This document shows, in pieces, positions 59,005 to 64,000 of a stretch of DNA of 64,000 nt; position 1 is the first letter of the stretch, and every line of letters begins with the position of its first letter. Under the pieces are notes generated by a model. That model was not told the DNA's origin and did not search any database. It saw only the letters and a list, made by a program, of their open reading frames with translations. Origin of the DNA: Longimicrobiales bacterium (lineage in GTDB: Bacteria; Gemmatimonadota; Gemmatimonadetes; Longimicrobiales; Gaopeijiaceae); contig OZ250165.1 of assembly GCA_965238005.1 (NCBI GenBank), positions 896,001-960,000 of the forward strand, written 5' to 3'. The position numbers were made by a program, and so were the translations under genes.

Positions 59005-60957
59005 ATGATCTCCGTCTCAAATCTCGAGAAGTCGTTCGGCGACCGGACGCTGTTCACCCGTGCGTCCTTTCAGCTCAACCCGGGGGAGCGTCATGGTCTC
59101 GTGGGCGCCAACGGCTCCGGCAAGACCACGCTCCTCAACATCCTGAGCGGCGACCTGGAGGCCAGTGACGGCACGGTCTCGATCCCCAAGCGCCTGCGAA
59201 TGGGGGTCCTCCGCCAGGACCAGTTCCTCTACGAGGATCAGGAGATTCTCGAGGTCACCCTCATGGGTAACCCGGAGCTGTGGGATGCCATGGTGGAGAG
59301 GGAGGCCTTGTTGGCCAAGGCCGAGGAGCACTTCGACGCGGACCGGTTCTCAGAGCTGGAGGAGACCGTACAAAGGCACGACGGATACACTGCCGAGGCG
59401 CGGGCCGCCACGATTCTGGAGGGCCTGGGCCTACCGGCGAACGTCCATCGCGCCCGGCTTTCTACGCTGTCCGGCGGGTTCAAGCTTCGGGTCCTCCTCG
59501 CTCAGGTACTGGCAAGCTCCCCCGACGTGCTTCTTCTCGACGAGCCGACCAACCACCTCGACATCATCTCCATTCGCTGGCTCGAGACGTTCCTGCGCGA
59601 CTTCGCCGGGCCGGCGGTGGTCATCTCGCACGATCACCGATTCCTGGACAACGTAACGACGCACATCCTGGATGTGGACTACGAGACGGTGCTGCTCTAT
59701 CACGGGAACTACAGCGCCTTTCTGGAGGCGAAGCAGTCGGAGCGGGTGCGCAGGGAGAAGGATATCGTGGCCCGGGAGCGGGAGATCGCTCATCACCAGA
59801 AGTTCGTGGACCGGTTTCGGGCGAAGGCGAGCAAGGCTCGGCAGGCACAGAGCAAGGTCCGCATGATTGAGAAGAAAGCGGAGGCCCTCGAGGAGCTGCC
59901 GCAGAGCTCGCGGCGCTACCCCATCTTCCGATTCGAGCAGACGCGCGACAGCGGAAAGGAAGTCCTCAAGCTCAAGGACATCCACAAGGCGTTCGGGGAT
60001 AACGCGGTGCTCCACGGCGTGGACCTCCTCGTGAACCGGGGCGACCGGCTGGCCATAATGGGCCCTAACGGCATCGGCAAATCCACCCTCCTGAAGATCG
60101 TCATGGGCGAGCTGGCGCCCGATGACGGGGAGGTCGTATGGGGGTACGAGACCCATCCGGGCTACTTCGCCCAGGACCACCACGAGCAGTTTGAGTCCCC
60201 GACGCGCACGGCGGAGGAGTGGGTCTGGGATTTCTGCCCGGACAAGGATATCGGCTATGTACGGGGTCGGATGGGGCTGATGCTCTTCTCGGGCGACGAC
60301 GGGAAGAAGCGGCTGAGTGCGCTCTCCGGAGGGGAGGCCGCGCGCCTGGTTTTCAGCAAGTTGGCCATCGAGCGGCCGAACGTCCTGGTGTTGGACGAGC
60401 CGACCAATCACCTGGATCTCGAGTCCATCGAAGCGCTCGTCGAGGGACTCCGCGCCTTCCCGGGAACGCTCCTGCTGGTCTCGCACGATCGCTGGTTCGT
60501 GAGCCAGCTGGCCACCCGCGTCGTGGAGATCAAGCCCGACGACATCGTCGACTATCTGGGCACGTACGAGGAGTATGTGCACTTCTGCGGCGACGACCAT
60601 CTGGACGCCGACCGGGTGATTCTCAAGGCCAAGCGTGAGAAGCGGAAGATGGCAAAGGCGGACGCGGCCGACGCTTCGATCAACGGGAGCGGTGGCCGGA
60701 AGTCGAAGACGGAGAAGAGCCGGATCCAGAAGAGCCGGATCCAGAAGAGCCTCGACGCCCTGATAGCTCGCATCGAGACAGCCGAAGCCCGTGTCCAGGA
60801 AATCGACGAGCTCTTTTGCCGCCCCGACTACTACGAGCAGACTCCGCCTGACGACGTGAGGGCGCTGGAAGACGAGCGGTCCCGCCTGCAGGGTGACGTG
60901 GCCGATCTCTTAGCCGAGTGGGAGAGGACCGAGGGGGAGATGGGCACGCTGGAGTAG
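59005..60957 (+). CDS. ABC-F family ATPase with C-terminal coiled-coil domain
   Basis: Two NBDs (GANGSGKT/LSGG/LLLDEPTNHLD and GPNGIGKS/LSGGE/VLDEPTNHLD), inter-domain linker FRAKASKARQAQS, no TM segments. Confidence 0.93.
   Translation: MISVSNLEKSFGDRTLFTRASFQLNPGERHGLVGANGSGKTTLLNILSGDLEASDGTVSIPKRLRMGVLRQDQFLYEDQEILEVTLMGNPELWDAMVEREALLAKAEEHFDADRFSELEETVQRHDGYTAEARAATILEGLGLPANVHRARLSTLSGGFKLRVLLAQVLASSPDVLLLDEPTNHLDIISIRWLETFLRDFAGPAVVISHDHRFLDNVTTHILDVDYETVLLYHGNYSAFLEAKQSERVRREKDIVAREREIAHHQKFVDRFRAKASKARQAQSKVRMIEKKAEALEELPQSSRRYPIFRFEQTRDSGKEVLKLKDIHKAFGDNAVLHGVDLLVNRGDRLAIMGPNGIGKSTLLKIVMGELAPDDGEVVWGYETHPGYFAQDHHEQFESPTRTAEEWVWDFCPDKDIGYVRGRMGLMLFSGDDGKKRLSALSGGEAARLVFSKLAIERPNVLVLDEPTNHLDLESIEALVEGLRAFPGTLLLVSHDRWFVSQLATRVVEIKPDDIVDYLGTYEEYVHFCGDDHLDADRVILKAKREKRKMAKADAADASINGSGGRKSKTEKSRIQKSRIQKSLDALIARIETAEARVQEIDELFCRPDYYEQTPPDDVRALEDERSRLQGDVADLLAEWERTEGEMGTLE
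60713..60751 (+). repeat. In-frame 15-bp tandem repeat (agaagagccggatcc x2.6; KSRIQ)
   Basis: Directly visible within the ABC-F C-terminal linker. Confidence 0.85.
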
Positions 60958-61196
60958 GCCGGCGGATCAGCCGGTGCCGACTCCGAGCGCAGCGGTCGGA
61001 CTCGGCGGACACCGAGAGGGAACTAGGGCCGTGGGATTGTGTTTTCTCACATCCGGCCCCCTATTTGCCGGTGGTTCGGCAGCCCCTTCTGAGGAGAGAC
61101 GAGCGTGATGAGGCGAGGACGCCTGACATGGCTTTCGGCGCCGGTGGTTGTATCCGGGCCGGTCACCGTCAACGCTCCTCCCGATCCGGTCGGAAG

Positions 61197-61751
61197 TTGA
61201 TCCGAGAGACTTGGCCGTGGTGGGTCGGTGGTCCGCTGATCGGTCTGGTGGTTCCGGTGGTCTACCTGTACGGAGGGAGGAAGTGGGGCGTCTCGTCGAC
61301 CCTCCGCCATCTGTGTGCTGCCACCGTTCCCGCCGGACTCGAGTACTTCCGCTACGACTGGAGGTCCCGGGGCGGATGGCAGCTCCTCATGGCCCTGGGC
61401 ACGGTACTCGGCGCAGCGATTGCCAGCGCCTTCCTCGCGTCGCCCGATCCCGTCCTGCCCATCTCGGAGCGTACCTGGGCCGCACTCTCGGAGCTGGGGC
61501 TTCAGGACCGGAAGGGCTTGGTGCCCCTGTCGCTCTTTTCGTGGGGCGGCCTCACCACCCGAGCGGGATTCCTCCTGATCGTCGTCGGCGGATTCCTGGT
61601 GGGCTTCGGCACCCGCTACGCGAACGGCTGCACCTCCGGCCACGCGATCTCGGGACTTTCGAACCTCCAGCGCTCGTCTCTGGCGGCTGTGGTCGGATTC
61701 TTCGTGGGCGGTCTCATCGTCACGCATTTTCTTCTTCCGCTGATCCTCTGA
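61197..61751 (+). CDS. YeeE/YedE family sulfur-compound (thiosulfate) transporter component
   Basis: WPWWVGGPLIG, GVSSTLRHLCA, GFGTRYANGCTSGH. Start uncertain (TTG 61197 or ATG 61128). Confidence 0.88.
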   Translation: MIRETWPWWVGGPLIGLVVPVVYLYGGRKWGVSSTLRHLCAATVPAGLEYFRYDWRSRGGWQLLMALGTVLGAAIASAFLASPDPVLPISERTWAALSELGLQDRKGLVPLSLFSWGGLTTRAGFLLIVVGGFLVGFGTRYANGCTSGHAISGLSNLQRSSLAAVVGFFVGGLIVTHFLLPLIL

Positions 61752-61754
61752 CCG

Positions 61755-62204
61755 ATGACCGAGCAGACGCTGAACCGACACGAGCCCGGGTGGCCGTACC
61801 TCCTGCTGGGCGTCTACCTGGGAGTGGTCTTTCTCAAGACCGAGGCGGTCTCCTGGTTCAGGATCCAGGAGATGTTCCGCTTTCACGCCTTCCACATGTA
61901 TGGGATCATCGGTGGGGCGGTGTCGGTCGGGGCCCTGGGTGTCTTCCTGATCAAGCGGGCCGGTGCCCGGACCCTGACGGGACGGCCCATCGTCTTCCCG
62001 ACCCCCGAGGACACCCGACCTGGGCCACAGCACTGGATCGGTGGTACGATCTTCGGTCTCGGGTGGGGCCTGCTGGGCGCCTGTCCCGGTCCGATCTACG
62101 CACTCATCGGTGCCGGCGTCTGGGTGATGGTAGTGGGGCTGCTAGCGGCGATGGCGGGTGCCTGGGTATACGGGTTCCTACGACCCCGACTTCCCCACAG
62201 CTGA
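61755..62204 (+). CDS. YeeE/YedE (DUF6691-like) partner membrane protein
   Basis: SWFRIQEMFRF..FHMYG, FGLGWGLLGACPGP. Confidence 0.88.
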   Translation: MTEQTLNRHEPGWPYLLLGVYLGVVFLKTEAVSWFRIQEMFRFHAFHMYGIIGGAVSVGALGVFLIKRAGARTLTGRPIVFPTPEDTRPGPQHWIGGTIFGLGWGLLGACPGPIYALIGAGVWVMVVGLLAAMAGAWVYGFLRPRLPHS

Positions 62205-62206
62205 CT

Positions 62207-63604
62207 TCACCGGCTCCCGCCGCCCGCCCCTACCGACCTCGGGAGCCGCACCAGCGCCATGCCGTCACTCTCCTCTACGGTGGTCCCGAATTCGGCCGAC
62301 CGCTCGATTAGGTCCCGAACGATCTTGCGGCCCAGCTCTCCGGTGGCCGGCAGTGGCCTGCCTCGGACCGAGGGCGGCTCGCCGAAGCCGAGCGTGACCG
62401 GTAGCAGACGTAGCTCGACGAGCTCTCCGCGCCGGAAGGACGGCATGGCGATAGCCCCCTCCCAAATCTCGGGATCGGCCGGGAAGCTGCGGGTGTCGCC
62501 CTGGTACCGCTCGTAGTTGAACGCGGCCACGCCGGCTGTGGGATTCAGGTCGTACCGGGCGTAGTTCTCGGCCGGGAGACGCAGCAGCGTCTCGTTCTGG
62601 AAGATGAAGTCCCCGAGGCTGTAGAGAATCGGCTTCCCGTTGTAGATCTCCACGCCCCGCAGAACGTGGGGACCATGGCCCACCATGACGTCCGCACCGG
62701 CGTCGATCACGGCGTGGGCGAACTCGATGACGAAGTCCGCGGGGATTGTCCGGTCCACGCCGCCCTCGTGGGCGTGGATCGACACTACGACGTAGTCGGC
62801 CAGTGCCTTGGCATTCCGGACGACCTCCGTGATCGCCGCGACGTCGTCAGGATCGGGTGCCGTGTGGGTGCCGGCCTCGCTCCCCACCTCGAACCGGTTC
62901 CCGAAGACCGTGAACCCGTCGCCGCTCTCTGGCACGCGGACCCCGGCATTGTTGAGCCCCTCTCGCAGTCCCTCCAGCTGGTCCCGCGTCACAACGCGCC
63001 AGCGCTCGTGCCTCAGGGGGTTCAGTCCTGGACGCCCCACGGTAGCCGCCCCCGGCAGCCCCGCCACGGAGTGCGCCGTGAAGGTCGAGGCGAGGGAGAT
63101 CAGGGCGACCCGACCGTCGGCCGTCTCCAAGAACTTCGCTTCGCGGGCTTCGTTGAGATCTTCGCCGGACCCGGCACCCACGAGACCGGCGGCTCGGGCG
63201 TACTGCCGCGTGAGGCGCGCCCCAAGGGGCCCGTAATCCCCGGTGTGGTTGTTCGCGTACGATACCATGTCGAAGCCGGCCCACACGAGCTCCTTCGCCA
63301 TCTCGGGAGCGGCGCGCATCCACGTGCCTCCACTCTGGTAGGCCGGGTACGGCTCGTAGTCGTGGAGAAGCACCTCCAGGTTTGTAAAGGCAAAGTCGCC
63401 GCTTCGCAGGAGCTCGATCATCTCCAGATAGCCCGGTTCCACGTACGGGGAGAGGGAGCGGGTGATGATGGCGTCGCCGGTGAGCGCCATGGTCATGATC
63501 CCGTCGCCGGGAGCAGGCGGGTAGGGAATGGGGGACTGTCCAGAAACTCCAGAAAGTGCCAACAGGGCGAGGGAGATGGCGAACAGTGCTGATCGAGCGC
63601 GCAT
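62207..63604 (-). CDS. CapA-family metallophosphatase-like protein, secreted
   Basis: TGD, FTNLE, ANNHTGDYG, SIHAHE, GHGPHVLRGVEIY, YSLGDF. GAGG RBS before ATG 63604. Confidence 0.9.
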   Translation of the reverse strand: MRARSALFAISLALLALSGVSGQSPIPYPPAPGDGIMTMALTGDAIITRSLSPYVEPGYLEMIELLRSGDFAFTNLEVLLHDYEPYPAYQSGGTWMRAAPEMAKELVWAGFDMVSYANNHTGDYGPLGARLTRQYARAAGLVGAGSGEDLNEAREAKFLETADGRVALISLASTFTAHSVAGLPGAATVGRPGLNPLRHERWRVVTRDQLEGLREGLNNAGVRVPESGDGFTVFGNRFEVGSEAGTHTAPDPDDVAAITEVVRNAKALADYVVVSIHAHEGGVDRTIPADFVIEFAHAVIDAGADVMVGHGPHVLRGVEIYNGKPILYSLGDFIFQNETLLRLPAENYARYDLNPTAGVAAFNYERYQGDTRSFPADPEIWEGAIAMPSFRRGELVELRLLPVTLGFGEPPSVRGRPLPATGELGRKIVRDLIERSAEFGTTVEESDGMALVRLPRSVGAGGGSR

Positions 63605-63864
63605 GGTAACCTCGGGGCTAGTGTGGTGTCCCAGAAGTGTCTCGGCCATTGACCTCGCTGCGCTCGATCGTCTCGCGGTCAACTCGGCGCTCACGACGAG
63701 CATAAAGGTCGCTCGGCTCGAGCACCGATGCATCCGGCCCTGCGGCGTTCCTCCTCCTCCAAATTCCGTGACGTCCGCGTCCGCGAGCGAGGCCTGTGGA
63801 GCGTAGAATAGGGTCTTGGTGGGGCCTGAGCGAACGGACTGGGCAGCGGGAGGCTGAGCGACCC

Positions 63865-64000
63865 TCAATGGCCGGTCACGATTCGGATCCCCTCCGCCGT
63901 CGTGGTATAACCGAACCGATCCCGGACCTGTCCCGTGGGATCCACGAGGACGACGGTATCTCCGCCGTTGTTGAGGTTCAGCGGCAGGCCGCGCCGCAGG
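63865..64000 (-). CDS. 3' end of a gene with a lamin-tail-domain-like C-terminus (partial)
   Basis: LRRGLPLNLNNGGDTVVLVDPTGQVRDRFGY...GH*. LNNxGDxVxLxD is typical of lamin tail domains. Confidence 0.6.
   Translation of the reverse strand, partial: LRRGLPLNLNNGGDTVVLVDPTGQVRDRFGYTTTAEGIRIVTGH

Noticed and set aside
62207..63604. Poly-gamma-glutamate capsule locus
   Set aside because: No capB/capC nearby; stand-alone CapA-family genes are common.
1..64000. CRISPR arrays, tRNA/rRNA genes, transposases, integrases and prophage genes
   Set aside because: No regularly spaced repeats, RNA gene signatures or mobility motifs were seen.

Overview
High-GC bacterial window, most consistent with Gemmatimonadota (inferred from gene content, not proven). 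It is dominated by exported hydrolases: five S9B/DPP-IV-like serine hydrolases, three amidohydrolases, two PD40-CehA/McbA metallohydrolases, two VPS10-type and one Asp-box (BNR) propeller proteins, a Tat amidase, an M19 dipeptidase, a CocE/NonD hydrolase, a metzincin and a CapA-like protein. It also carries a PQQ dehydrogenase with a truncated cytochrome c, trkAH, an ABC-F ATPase and a YeeE/YedE pair. I found no RNA genes, transposases, integrases or CRISPR arrays. Four things stand out. (1) A recent ~2.4 kb tandem duplication of an S9B gene whose copies differ mostly by clustered non-synonymous changes, including a Glu/Asp swap at the catalytic acid. (2) All five S9B paralogs lack the Glu-Glu helix that defines dipeptidyl peptidases, and that segment differs in every paralog. 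(3) A class III cyclase-STAND-TPR gene with non-canonical base-specificity residues and one in-frame TGA, followed by small ELEALLD-motif ORFs. (4) Many of the larger intergenic spaces hold a recognisable gene remnant, pointing to rapid gene birth and death. All family calls come from motif recognition by eye; no searches were run.
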